Shown piece by piece: positions 20,331 to 30,057 of a stretch of 64,000 nucleotides of DNA. The number at the start of each line of letters is the position of its first letter. Position 1 is the stretch's first letter. Under the pieces are notes generated by a model. It made no database searches and was not told the origin of the DNA. It worked only from the letters and a program-made list of their open reading frames with translations. Where the stretch lies: NCBI GenBank assembly GCA_965203805.1, contig OZ241917.1:2560001-2624000 (forward strand), written 5' to 3'. This DNA is from Candidatus Latescibacterota bacterium. GTDB taxonomy: Bacteria > Latescibacterota > UBA2968 > GCA-2709665. The position numbers and the translations under genes are program-made.

Positions 20331-20440
20331 TGTAGATTGTATCGTCGCGGCCATACGATAGATGGACCCTCCATCAACCGGCAATCAGCCGCTATTGAAA
20401 CCGACAAATGGACGATAACCGTTCCCTGTTCCCGCGCTTG
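20331..20440 (+). pseudogene. Duplicated leader plus first codons of the AAA/DUF4143 ATPase gene
   Basis: Colinear with 35080-35190. Confidence 0.7.
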
Positions 20441-20966
20441 ATGGAACTCGAGAGCCGGGAGGCCCTAGCCGACGAGCAGCAAGCAGAAATACCGACTGAC
20501 GGACACGGATAGGTTTTCTTGTTAACTGACGTATACTACATATGCTATTTCGAAAATTTAGGGGCAATCCTAACGATTGCCCCTAATGGTTATGGCGCGC
20601 TGGTCTCACCAGACTATCTTAGAAAGTAACCCTTCCAACTTTTCTAAGATGACCAGAACTCTGGTTGCAATAGAGCTCCAGCGCCACCATGGTCTGCCGT
20701 TCTTCATGGCAACCTCCAGAAGTGAAGGCGGAAGTCACCATACTCTTTGCCTTAACTATATTGAAAATTGGACTTGACGCGTCCTTTCTTATATACTATC
20801 TTTTTCTCAAAGAGTATGGCGGCTTAGATCCGCCAGTGATCGCCGGCCTGGCTTCCATTATGCGAAGTCAGGCCGGCTGGGGTTTTGGGGTCTACTCTAA
20901 AGATAAAAATTCTCGCTGAGCTTGACAAGCAACAGTTCGTTCGAAAAGGAAGTAGAAATCATATAA

Positions 20967-21503
20967 TTAGGTCTCAATTTCTCCAATTGAATCATCAACA
21001 CTGCCCCGCGGATGATCTCTTCTTAGCCTTTCCTCCTCTTCTTTTTCAATTTCTTCATTCTCTATTTCAGCGATTCTCTGATTTTCGAGATGATAGGCGG
21101 CTTCGGCATCATCCATGGGCAAATAATATCGACCTGCAGGATCTTTGTCTAATCGTCCTTTTTGCTTTTCACGTGAAAGAAATGCTCTAAAATAATCTCT
21201 TGAATAAGGAAATTCACGGCCGTTTGCTTTATAGAATTCAATGAGTTCCTGATAAAATTCAGCTGTGTATAGGGCACTGTGAATAATGAACAATTGCCGG
21301 ATTGCATATCGAAGATAATTCGCATTGGATATTTCTTTTGCTATGTGTTTCGTTGGGGATTCTGTGACTTTTCCAGAGTCTGTTGTATCCTGAGCAAACA
21401 GACTCGGTTGATAACGGCTACGTATCAATCGCTGTATAGCCCTCAATTCTCTCTTTGCTGCTCTCTCAGCCGCTAGTAAATGACTTAATACAGAATCAGC
21501 CAT
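20967..21503 (-). CDS. Hypothetical AT-rich protein (possible winged helix)
   Basis: 178-aa ORF with RBS GGGGAG. Confidence 0.65.
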   Translation of the reverse strand: MADSVLSHLLAAERAAKRELRAIQRLIRSRYQPSLFAQDTTDSGKVTESPTKHIAKEISNANYLRYAIRQLFIIHSALYTAEFYQELIEFYKANGREFPYSRDYFRAFLSREKQKGRLDKDPAGRYYLPMDDAEAAYHLENQRIAEIENEEIEKEEEERLRRDHPRGSVDDSIGEIET

Positions 21504-21596
21504 GACATTTTCTCCCCTTTGTGATTCAAAATATATCGGTTCTTCTCATGATTGTCAAGGAAAATATCACATATGATTCAAATCGTAGCTTTAGGT

Positions 21597-21898
21597 TGTT
21601 AGTGATCGCCCACATGCGGCGACTGGCAGGATCGGTCTAATCAGGCCAGTTGAAGATCGGCCTAATGCGGCCACCTGGGATGCGATATAGGTTTCGGACT
21701 ATCCGGCAACGGTTCTACCTTCTTTCTGTCTCCCCGACAGTCAGGAGCGAAAAACATCCAGGAGCGAAAAACATCGCAAACCGGAGGATCGAGACGTGTC
21801 AGTATCGCCGGATATTGACGCGTATGCGGTTGGCCGAGTCGGACCGTGCGATCGCCCGTTCAGGGTTGATGGGTCGCGAGAAGGCAGGCGCTTCGTGA
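21597..21898 (+). mobile_element. IS21-family left end plus istA 5' fragment
   Basis: TG terminus with 3 internal repeats; (I)ANRRIETCQYRRILTRMRLAESDRAIARSGLMGREKA; 17-bp tandem duplication 21742-21775. Confidence 0.8.
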
Positions 21899-22119
21899 AT
21901 TGGCGGTCCGTTAGAGATGGCTGGATGCTTCTCGCGTGTTGCCTGATGATGCGCTCCCTACCCAAGTTGTACAGGCTGCTTCCTCGCGGCAACAGTCGAG
22001 GTCGTCGGTCTTACCCTGCGAGGACAAGGTCTCGGCATGATGCCGTCAGGGTTTCCGTGACACGGTCATACACTAGGCGTTGGTGGACACCTGCGGCTAA
22101 ACCGGCTTGTATTCCTCCA

Positions 22120-22250
22120 GCCGTCGTTTTCTCCAGCAACTCGCCCCCGACCGCGCGTTCTTCAATCTGGACGAGCATAACTGTTTTCGGACCGCCCGGA
22201 CCGATCCCTCCGGTTTCGTCGCCATCCTGCCGGTGGCAGTGACACTGGAG
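22120..22250 (+). pseudogene. Fragment of the AAA/DUF4143 ATPase gene
   Basis: LQQLAPDRAFFNLDEHN..RTARTDPSGFV matches 35270-35390. Confidence 0.75.
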
Positions 22251-22397
22251 CGGCACGGTCTGGGAGATGTGCGCAGTGTATAGCAACATCCACTTTCCCA
22301 ACCGAACCCGGTATCAAATTTCGTCTCTATTACACTGGGCAGATCAGGACCCATTGCGATGACGTGCGTGCCAGTTCAACAATTGAAAGAAGGAACG

Positions 22398-23354
22398 ATG
22401 CCGCGTCTGTACAGCCGCCAGCGCCTGCTGCTGGGTTTGCTTGGCGCGATTGGCGGGGACGCAAGCAATACGGACTTTCAGAAGCTTCTATTTCTCTACT
22501 GTAAAGGGCTTTCGTCACACCGGGCAACTGAGACACCTCAAGGACTCTACGAATTTGTCCCCTACCATTATGGCGCATTCTCGTTCACCAGCTATGCGGA
22601 CCGCCGCCGCCTGGCGGATTGGGGGCTGCTCGCGGATGACGACCAGAAATGGGTCCTGACAGAAGGCGGGAGTAATATCGCACGAGATTCAGAAGCCAGT
22701 TCGATGCGTTCGTTCGCGCATCAATATCGAGGCGTTCGAGGGGATGCGCTCATTGCGGATACCTACCGGCGGTATCCGTATTATGCGATACGCAGTGAAA
22801 TCGCCGAGCAGGTCTTGCAGGACGATCGGCGGACACTTGATCGGATCGAATCCACGCGTCCCGAAACAACACCGTCGCGGCTATTCACAATCGGTTACGA
22901 AGGACGAACGCTGGAATCTTATCTCAATCTGCTTATTCGCGAAGGCGTGACCCTACTGTGTGACGTGAGACGGAACGCGATCAGCCGTAAGTACGGGTTT
23001 TCCAAGACCACACTTGAACGGGCCTGTTCAGGTGTTGGAATTCGTTACCAACATCTTCCGGAGCTTGGGATTGAGTCCCGTCGACGTCGAGGTCTCAAGA
23101 CGGAAGCGGATTTCAAGGACCTTTTCGAGGCCTATAAGCAGACGGTCCTGCCAGATCAGGGCGATGCCCTGGGAAGAATTCGCGACTGGTTGCGGTCCGG
23201 CGAATCGGTAGCACTCACCTGTTTCGAACTTGAGGCCGGCCAGTGCCATCGTCATTGCGTCGCCAATGCGCTCGAAAAGTTCACCGATCAGAACCACCCT
23301 TCAGATGGAGACGCTCGCCCCTTCTTCCCCCACGGTGGCGTAAAACACCTTTGA
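22398..23354 (+). CDS. DUF488 family protein with N-terminal Panacea/wHTH-like domain (copy 1)
   Basis: LFTIGYEGR, LCDVRRNAISRKYGFSK, LTCFE..CHR; N-terminal FQKLLF..FVPYHYGAFS. Confidence 0.85.
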   Translation: MPRLYSRQRLLLGLLGAIGGDASNTDFQKLLFLYCKGLSSHRATETPQGLYEFVPYHYGAFSFTSYADRRRLADWGLLADDDQKWVLTEGGSNIARDSEASSMRSFAHQYRGVRGDALIADTYRRYPYYAIRSEIAEQVLQDDRRTLDRIESTRPETTPSRLFTIGYEGRTLESYLNLLIREGVTLLCDVRRNAISRKYGFSKTTLERACSGVGIRYQHLPELGIESRRRRGLKTEADFKDLFEAYKQTVLPDQGDALGRIRDWLRSGESVALTCFELEAGQCHRHCVANALEKFTDQNHPSDGDARPFFPHGGVKHL

Positions 23355-23445
23355 CCGATGCGATCAAACAACGCATCCTGGTTACCGCAAAAAACCTACT
23401 CGACGCTTTCAAGGAAATATGGCGAAGCTGTCTGCATAGGTCGGC
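23351..23445 (+). pseudogene. Truncated DUF488-partner gene
   Basis: QRILVTAK/TYSTLSRKYGEAVC, frameshifted; homologous to 31008. Confidence 0.65.
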
Positions 23446-23606
23446 TTTGTGACGTGATGAACCTCTTTTCTTCTGATCGAAATAAAAAGAAGATGGGTGT
23501 CCCGATATTAGCCATTGCCCAGTTTTTCATTATTAAATATATTCCTGATGTGAAATGAAATTCCGATACACTCGGAAATATCGGCCAACAATTGGGGTAT
23601 TTTATA

Positions 23607-24158
23607 ATGACAATAACTCCACCGAGATTTAATTCCGACAAGACTTGTGTAGTGGCTGCTTATCTGGTTCAATTGGCGGGCGGCAAATTGGATATGTACA
23701 CATTGATTAAATTGCTTTACATAATGGACAGAGAAGCCTATAAGAGATGGTGTCACGCAGTGACGTTTGATTCATATGTTTCGATGCCATTTGGTCCTGT
23801 TGTGAGTAAGACTTATGATATATTGAAAGGCGAAATAGAAGATCCACTCTGGACTGAGTATTTCCACGAGCGCAAGAATAACACCATTTTTCTTAAAAAG
23901 GAGAACCCAGATTTTGGACTTATGTCGAGAGCGGAAGAGGAACTTGCCCAAGAGCTCTATGAGATTTACGGAAAAATGGATTTCGATAGTCTCTGCGAAA
24001 TCACACACAAATTCGCAGAGTATGAAGATCCGAAAGGTAGTTCGTTACCCATTACAATCAATAGTATCCTGAATGCCGTAATGGATGATGAAGAACAAAT
24101 CAAATCAGCGGTTGAAGAACTACATACCCAGGTTTGCCATGAGAGGATATTCGGCTAG
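23607..24158 (+). CDS. Panacea (DUF4065/SocA-like) antitoxin
   Basis: LIKLLYIMDRE, SMPFGPV, ITH motifs. Confidence 0.88.
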   Translation: MTITPPRFNSDKTCVVAAYLVQLAGGKLDMYTLIKLLYIMDREAYKRWCHAVTFDSYVSMPFGPVVSKTYDILKGEIEDPLWTEYFHERKNNTIFLKKENPDFGLMSRAEEELAQELYEIYGKMDFDSLCEITHKFAEYEDPKGSSLPITINSILNAVMDDEEQIKSAVEELHTQVCHERIFG

Positions 24159-24163
24159 GCAAT

Positions 24164-24730
24164 ATGTGTCTGAAACCAGGCAGCGCGGCGATTTTACATG
24201 ACACATTTTACAGTAACAAACCCCATTTGTTTATTGTGATTTCTGAACCATTGGGTGACAAGAAAGATGTCATAGTTGTCAATGTCAATTCCTGGAACTC
24301 TAATTGCGATGAGACGACGATTTTGTGTGTTGGCGACCATCCGTTTATCAATCGTAAGTCATATATTAACCTTAATGCGACAAAATCAGCAACGCGGCGT
24401 CGCGACAAAACCTTTCGAATTGGGCCGAAAAGGTCGTCCGGAAGGACATTTTTTCCGTTCACGTCCAGTGACCTGAAGGATCATAGAAATCAGCAGTTAA
24501 ATCACCTTTATTTACTTGCACATATTCGAATTAACGTCCCCGAATAATGACGAATCAAGGTTAACTACAGACTCGCCGAAAGTCTCGAATACTGCAAAGT
24601 AGCTTTAGCATTTCGTAGGGGGAAAACACAGGACGCTGTAAAACCTGAGGTACTTAAACGTATTCAAATGGGTCTCATTAATTCGCCAAAAACACCGAGA
24701 TATCTTATTGAACTCTACAATCAAGCGTAA
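24164..24730 (+). pseudogene. Putative toxin (PemK/MazF-like?) interrupted by a MITE
   Basis: Removing 195 nt restores a 123-aa ORF (..HPFINRKSYIN|YRLAE..ELYNQA*). Confidence 0.8.
24370..24560. mobile_element. 191-bp MITE with TTAA target duplication
   Basis: Imperfect TIR CCTTAATGCGACA / TGACGAATCAAGG; TTAA on both sides. Confidence 0.85.
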
Positions 24731-24861
24731 ACGTCCAAATACTCACATACCTGAGCCGAGATCCTCTAATATTTCGGCATTTTCAATACCATCTTATGCT
24801 CTTGTGCCATTTGCGAGACACCTGTGCTTTACTTGAAACCCCTACATACTCCCCGACACAA

Positions 24862-24890
24862 AAACACCCTCCTTTTCAGGAGGGTGTTTC
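24862..24890. terminator. Bidirectional terminator-like hairpin
   Basis: AAACACCCTCCT-TTTC-AGGAGGGTGTTT. Confidence 0.6.
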
Positions 24891-24944
24891 TATTTCACCG
24901 ATTGAATTTGTTCGAATTTCGAGGCATTTTGCCGCGAGCAAATA

Positions 24945-25202
24945 AACCTCCTGGGCGACTTCTTCCCCGATCCCGTTCTGGCCACCGCCCTGCTGGACCG
25001 ACTCCTCCATCATGCCACCACCATCTCCATCCGCGGAGACAGCTACCGCCTGCGACACCGCAGAAACGCAGGACTGTCTATACACACCCAACTGCACACC
25101 TGAAAAAGGACCTGATCATGCCACCCTGATCCACGCTACATCCTGTCTATTGTGTCCAATTTTATACCGGTGCTTTTGTCAAAAACAAAACCGGTGTTGA
25201 CA
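24945..25202 (+). mobile_element. IS21-family istB 3' remnant plus right end (second IS21 type)
   Basis: ALLDRLLHHATTISIRGDSYRLR; end repeats ..ACCGGTG..ACCGGTGTTGACA. Confidence 0.85.
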
Positions 25203-25400
25203 CCTGGACGATCGGGTTTATACTTCCGGTCCTGGCATCGGTGGAATACTTGCGCGGTCTGGTCAGAGTAACTACGATCAATACAAAAGATCCGAAGCAA
25301 GTAACGACAGGACCACCACTTGAATAGCCGGTTTACGAGATACCTCCTTGGATAAGCGTCTATTTAAAAGAGAAAGAACCAATATTGCCAAGTACGCTAA

Positions 25401-26012
25401 TTATCTTTGCTTGAATTCTACCGGCAGGAAATTTGTGGTCGGGAGTGGATAATATTCTTCATTCTCCAATAAATACCATCCAAGCGAGTTACTATCGTTA
25501 TCTCTCACTTGAATCCACAATTCCCATTGACCACGTCGAAGTTCCTTCAATGGTAACTTTTTAAATGGTGTGGGATCGCGTGCGAGGTATTCTGCACAAA
25601 TCACATGGTCATTTATTCGCCAAAACTCCCAACGCTCAGCTCGATATTGAAGATATTCAAGTATATCACCTTCTACGAATTTTAAGGTACTGATTTTCAT
25701 TCTATCGCCCCAATAATCATCTAACGACAGATAATATATGTTGCCATACACAGCACCATAAGCCACACCAGAGACTCGTGCAAGATATAATCCTGAGAAA
25801 ACAGTTCTGTATCGAACCTTGCCAAATTTTATCGTATCCCCCTGGGCCGGTTTAATAATACGTGAAATCTTAGCATACGTCATAGGTGCGCCTCGCAAGA
25901 TCATCGAATCGCCTGAAGCCGTGATTATTGGAAGATACTCACTTGGAAACATTTCAGATTCAAAGGCGAAACCAAGTCGTGACACAAGAATAATAATCAA
26001 TACATGCCACAT
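25401..26012 (-). CDS. Hypothetical secreted protein (AT-rich)
   Basis: RBS AAGGAG; signal-like MWHVLIIILVSRLGFA. Confidence 0.7.
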   Translation of the reverse strand: MWHVLIIILVSRLGFAFESEMFPSEYLPIITASGDSMILRGAPMTYAKISRIIKPAQGDTIKFGKVRYRTVFSGLYLARVSGVAYGAVYGNIYYLSLDDYWGDRMKISTLKFVEGDILEYLQYRAERWEFWRINDHVICAEYLARDPTPFKKLPLKELRRGQWELWIQVRDNDSNSLGWYLLENEEYYPLPTTNFLPVEFKQR

Positions 26013-26226
26013 ATAATCTCCTTCCCAAACCCCTGGGCTAATCGCAACAGCCCAGAGACTTGTGTTTAAATGGGGAGAGGTACCACCAGGAGGACAATTT
26101 CGGCCATCCCTGCCTCTCCTACGACCCATTGTTGCCATACCCATTTTCTATATATAGTCTCAGCAGAGCCAACAGATACGACCCATTTACTCCCTTATGA
26201 TAGTTCTTGAGTTTAAACCCCCTACG

Positions 26227-26720
26227 TGCCAATATAGAGTAAGACAACTCCCCCTCCGAGATTAATGTCGTATATTGGGCGGAGAGGAGGGCACGAGATG
26301 AGGTCAAGAATCGACGTTGGAGACAACGGCACCAAGAGGTCGGATCCAGAGGTGCCGGCGCGTGCGAAGCGTCGCCGGTTCACCGCTGGGTACAAGCTTC
26401 GCATCCTGGAAGAGGCGGACGCTTGCCGGGCCCCTGGTGAAGTTGGCGCGCTGCTGCGTCGCGAAGGGTTGTATTCCTCGCAGTTGACCCAGTGGCGTCG
26501 TGCGCGTCGGGAGGGGTCGCTCAAGGCGCTGTCCAAGCCGCGGGGACCGAAGGGGCGTCGTCGTGACAAGGTCGCCGTCGAGAACGAGCAACTGCGCAAG
26601 GAAAACGCCCGTTTGCGTCGACGACTGGAACAGGCGAACACCATCCTCGAGATCCAAAAAAAAGCCTCCGAGATCCTGGGCATCCCCCTGAACCGTCCGC
26701 CGGACGACGACGACGTATGA
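26227..26720 (+). mobile_element. IS3-family remnant: left end and orfA (26298-26720), orfB missing
   Basis: KRRRFTAGYKLRILEEAD..LLRREGLYSS..ILEIQKK. Confidence 0.85.
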
Positions 26721-26725
26721 TACGT

Positions 26726-26912
26726 CGTTAATGATCGCCCATATGCGGCCACTGCAGGATCGGCATAATGAGGCCACCTGGTATGAGATTAGGGTTTAGG
26801 ACTTTCCGGCAACGGTTCTACCTTCTGAGTGTCTCCCCGGCATTCAAGAGGGAAGAACATGGCAAACCGGAGGTTCGAGACGTATCAGTATCGCCAGGTA
26901 TTGACGCGTATC
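26726..26912 (+). mobile_element. IS21-family left end plus istA start
   Basis: Same end sequence as 641; MANRRFETYQYRQVLTRI from 26859. Confidence 0.82.
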
Positions 26913-27041
26913 TCTTCCGCTGGCCGAAAAATTAGAAAATTAGCTAAGAGTCATGCAAAATAACATCCGACTACAACACCTACCAAGCGTACCCCATAGA
27001 TCCTCCCTCGATGTTTAGTTTCGCCCTGGTACTTTTTCCTA

Positions 27042-27069
27042 TTGACACCCACGGATACTATGTTACTTT
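27042..27069 (+). promoter_or_regulatory. Possible sigma70 promoter of hicBA
   Basis: TTGACA-16 nt-TACTTT. Confidence 0.4.
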
Positions 27070-27195
27070 TAACGGTACTTCCCCATGCGACTACTATTTG
27101 AACATGCTGGACGCTGTATAGGCCGCTGCATAGATACCGCGGGTAGGCCTTCCCCTGTTCAAACATTCACTTTTACCAGAGGATAGGGGACGGCC

Positions 27196-27597
27196 ATGAG
27201 ACCATTTTCCTTTTTGCGTAGTACGAAACCGAAGATACCTGTCCTCACAATTGCCGTCAGGAGAGAGATAAAGCACGATCCAAAAACCGGAGAATACTGG
27301 GCTACATGTCCTGCGCTCCCCGGTCTCCTTGAGGTCGGAAATTCAGAAGAGCAGCTCGAATCTCGTCTGACGGAAGGTATTTTCTTTTACTTTGAGTCCC
27401 TCTGTAGGGACGGTTTGCCTATTCCGGCGGGACCTGACTGTATTGTAAAAGTCGACGGAGCACCAGTGGCATTTGGCGGAGGACAGGTCGTCGAGATGCC
27501 CAAGAATAAACACTCCTCGCAAGACTGGGCGACCGCCAAATGGCCTATTCCAAAGATGCCAGACAACAGCTTGGAAGCATTACTCCAAACCGTATAG
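27196..27597 (+). CDS. hicB: HicB-family antitoxin
   Basis: YWATCPALPGLLEVGNSEE..DGLPIP. Confidence 0.8.
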   Translation: MRPFSFLRSTKPKIPVLTIAVRREIKHDPKTGEYWATCPALPGLLEVGNSEEQLESRLTEGIFFYFESLCRDGLPIPAGPDCIVKVDGAPVAFGGGQVVEMPKNKHSSQDWATAKWPIPKMPDNSLEALLQTV

Positions 27598-27866
27598 TCA
27601 AGGGTCTTAAAAGTGACAATTGGGATCGTCAATTTACAAGAAGCGCACGACAAGCTTTCGTTAAGGACGGAAGACGAGTCACAGTTCACGTTCATCCAAA
27701 ACCGTACGTCAGTATAGGGCTAATAGAAGATATACTGTGTCGCCAAATTGGATGGACAGAGGAAGACCTCATACGTCTCGGCTTCCTTAAAGGGAAACAT
27801 TTCAAGAGGAAGAAGAAAGACAAAGCGAAAAAACCTCCTCTCGAATCTCCAACCCACACTGAATAG
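27540..27866 (+). CDS. hicA: HicA-family toxin
   Basis: FVKDGRRVTVHVHP..GLIEDIL..QIGWTEED; overlaps hicB; the usual GSH motif reads RSARQA. Confidence 0.7.
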   Translation: MAYSKDARQQLGSITPNRIVKGLKSDNWDRQFTRSARQAFVKDGRRVTVHVHPKPYVSIGLIEDILCRQIGWTEEDLIRLGFLKGKHFKRKKKDKAKKPPLESPTHTE

Positions 27867-27880
27867 AAAGATAAATGCCA

Positions 27881-27917
27881 AAAAGACCGACCTCTCGGGC
27901 GGTCCTTTTTTTATTTT
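27881..27917 (+). terminator. Intrinsic terminator
   Basis: GACCG(A)CC..GGCGGTC stem followed by a T-run. Confidence 0.7.
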
Positions 27918-27943
27918 CAGGTGTACTCGTGCAAGCCCTCGAT

Positions 27944-28004
27944 TGTTAATGATCGCCCATATGCGGTCACTGCAGGATCGGCATAATCAGGCCACCTGGT
28001 TACA
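27944..28004 (+). mobile_element. 61-bp IS21-end remnant (TGT...ACA)
   Basis: Same end sequence; degenerate copy ends at about 32112 with the same right flank. Confidence 0.7.
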
Positions 28005-28011
28005 ATTGAAT

Positions 28012-28115
28012 CCCCCCACCGCATCAGCCTTCGCCGGTCCTTCGACCCTTCGACAGGCTCAGGGCAGCGGCTCAAGGACCGGCTCGGGCAAGGGCGGTTC
28101 TCGAACCGCCCCTAC
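28012..28115. repeat. Composite palindromic repeat cluster (nested CTTCGACA-GCTCAG plus GTAG-tagged REP-like)
   Basis: CCCCCCACCGCATCAGCC head; nested CCTTCGAC; GGGCGGTTCTCGAACCGCCCCTAC. Confidence 0.75.
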
Positions 28116-28217
28116 AACAAGAATCGCGCGTCGGTCCTGGCGATGACGGTGTTCGACGGATCAGCTTTACCCGATACCGTGCAAGCCCATTCGCAATGAC
28201 GCGCCGTCGATAACCGG

Positions 28218-28544
28218 TCACTCCGAAAAATCGTCGAGTGACGCAATGCCCGTCAGCGCCACCGGCGGTCGGTCCGGAAACTCCGCCACCAGACTCAATT
28301 TCCCGCCCATAGCCTCGACATAGCCACTGAGGGTGGAAATCAACAGATCACTGCGCTGTTCAAGGCGGGACACGTTCTCCTGATTGATCCCAAGCTTCTC
28401 GGCGACCCGCACCTGCGTATGTTTTCGAGCCTTACGCAAATCTCGTAACGACATCTCGTCGGCGATCAGAGCCCGGGCCCGTTCTTCGATTTTCTTCCGT
28501 CGGGACGGGGGCAGCTTGTCCATTCTGTCTGTCAGAGCACTCAT
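28218..28544 (-). CDS. XRE-family HTH antitoxin (HigA-like)
   Basis: LRDLRKARKHTQVRVAEKLGINQENVSRLE..SDLLISTL. Confidence 0.9.
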   Translation of the reverse strand: MSALTDRMDKLPPSRRKKIEERARALIADEMSLRDLRKARKHTQVRVAEKLGINQENVSRLEQRSDLLISTLSGYVEAMGGKLSLVAEFPDRPPVALTGIASLDDFSE

Positions 28545-28909
28545 TTTGTCCTCCTCTCTGCCTTCAATCGATCAAGATGCAGATCGAAACGGTGATCTGC
28601 CTTCCTGATCAGTTTCTGGTAGAACCGCTGTTCACCGGCTCCCGATTTATCGCCGGCAACCAGTAGTATGGCCTTACGTTCAGGATCAAAAGCAAATGCT
28701 ACCCGCCAGACTCGTCCCTGCATAGTAAAACGAAGTTCCTTCATATTGGCATGTCGTGACCCCTTCAACGTGTCCACCTGTGGACGACCTAACGTTGGCC
28801 CGAACGCCTCCAAGAGCTTCGCTCGTGCAAGCAGTTCGTCCTGCACCTTCGGTACCAAGGCGTCAAACTCGGGATCAAACGCCGGATGGAAATCGACTTC
28901 CCAGTTCAT
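28541..28909 (-). CDS. RelE/HigB-family toxin
   Basis: GPTLGRPQVDTLKGSRHANMKELR..AILLVAGDKSG; ATGA overlap with antitoxin. Confidence 0.9.
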   Translation of the reverse strand: MNWEVDFHPAFDPEFDALVPKVQDELLARAKLLEAFGPTLGRPQVDTLKGSRHANMKELRFTMQGRVWRVAFAFDPERKAILLVAGDKSGAGEQRFYQKLIRKADHRFDLHLDRLKAERRTK

Positions 28910-28911
28910 TC

Positions 28912-28945
28912 ATTATAATATGACTCATAAATCATATGATGTCAA
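28912..28945 (-). promoter_or_regulatory. TA promoter with palindromic operator
   Basis: TTGACA on the minus strand; inverted repeat ATATGA..TCATAT next to the start. Confidence 0.55.
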
Positions 28946-29202
28946 GTGCATCCAAAAGGGCCAGTGTCACATCGACTCGTCAATACCCGAGATGGACCTG
29001 TAGCGGATCTGCAGGGTACTCGGGGCATACTCATTGACGACCTTGACGGGACCCTGATGTAACCCGGCCGACTTCCGCGCATACAGTAGCGCTGCTGCTC
29101 ATTTCGAGACTCCGATACGAGATCCCGTCGGGGTCACTTGCAATTCCAGTGGCCAACTCACAAGCATCTTCGACCTGGATTGCATACGGTGGGGTTTGAA
29201 AT

Positions 29203-29790
29203 CCCCCCACCGCATCAGCCGTCGCCGGCTCCTTAGTAAACTTTTCGGCCCTTCGACATTTCGACACCCTTCGACAAGCTCAGGGACCGAGCTCAATGCA
29301 GGCAAGCTCAATGACCACGCGTTGTCAGGCAATCTCCGATTTCGCTCAGAATAACAGGCCGACCGACCGCCAAACCTGTCATCCTGAGGAAGCCGTCCAG
29401 CCTGCCGGCGGTTCATCGGCAGGCTGGCTGACGAAGGATCTACTGCAGCATCGCTTAAACCCGAGCGTGTTCTGTCATTCGCGGAGAGTTGGTAGGCGGC
29501 ACGTTTGCGCCTACACGGTCAGGCTGAGCCGGCGCCACGGAAACCATGCCTCCGCGCAAAGGTTTGTATTCAAAAGGCTTCCGCTACACGTCCCGTCGAG
29601 AAGACGGGAGATTCTTCGACTCCGCTCAGAATGACATGCGTCGTAATAACCAAAAGCGAGATGTTTCGGTCATGCCCTGGCCAAACTGTGACGAAGACGT
29701 TTCGAAGGTGGGGCCTGCCTGCCTGCCAAAGCGTGGCTGGCAGGCGCAGGCAGGCGCTCCGCTGCGCAGGCAGGCGACTCCCCCTCAAGG
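29203..29790. repeat. Cluster of palindromic repeats
   Basis: Triple-nested TTCGAC..AGCTCA (29250-29316); GTCATCCTGAG..GAAGGATCT and GAGATTCTTCG..CTCAGAATGAC pair; CCTGCC nest 29714-29774; CTCCCCCTCAAGGGGGAG. Confidence 0.8.
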
Positions 29791-30057
29791 GGGAGTGATC
29801 GACCGTTGAAAAGGCGCGTGCACTCACTTGCACCTATTTGGTTGCGGCTGAGCAAAGCAAAGCCGCGCTAGTGGAGTAGGTGATGTTCCGGGCGTGTAGC
29901 GTCACGCACGCCTAGTGGAGCCCCAGGGTAGGGTTCGCTGTTGCAACATCTACTTTCACCACCAAACCGGGTATCCAATTCCGTCTCGATTTCACTGGGC
30001 AGATCAGGACCCATTGCGATGACGCGTGTGCCAGGTCAACAGTTGAAAGAAGGAACG

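Noticed and set aside
19737-21503. Prophage remnant suggested by the holin-like gene
   Set aside because: No integrase, lysin or structural genes nearby
24164-24547. 127-aa ORF as an intact gene
   Set aside because: Its last ~58 codons come from the MITE
641-28004. Recurrent GATCG(C/G)C..AT..GGCCA repeats as a CRISPR array
   Set aside because: Dispersed, no unique spacers, no cas genes; they lead into IstA-like starts, so they are IS21 ends
29031-29860. Multiple short ORFs rich in RQAG/PACL peptides
   Set aside because: Translations of palindromic repeats
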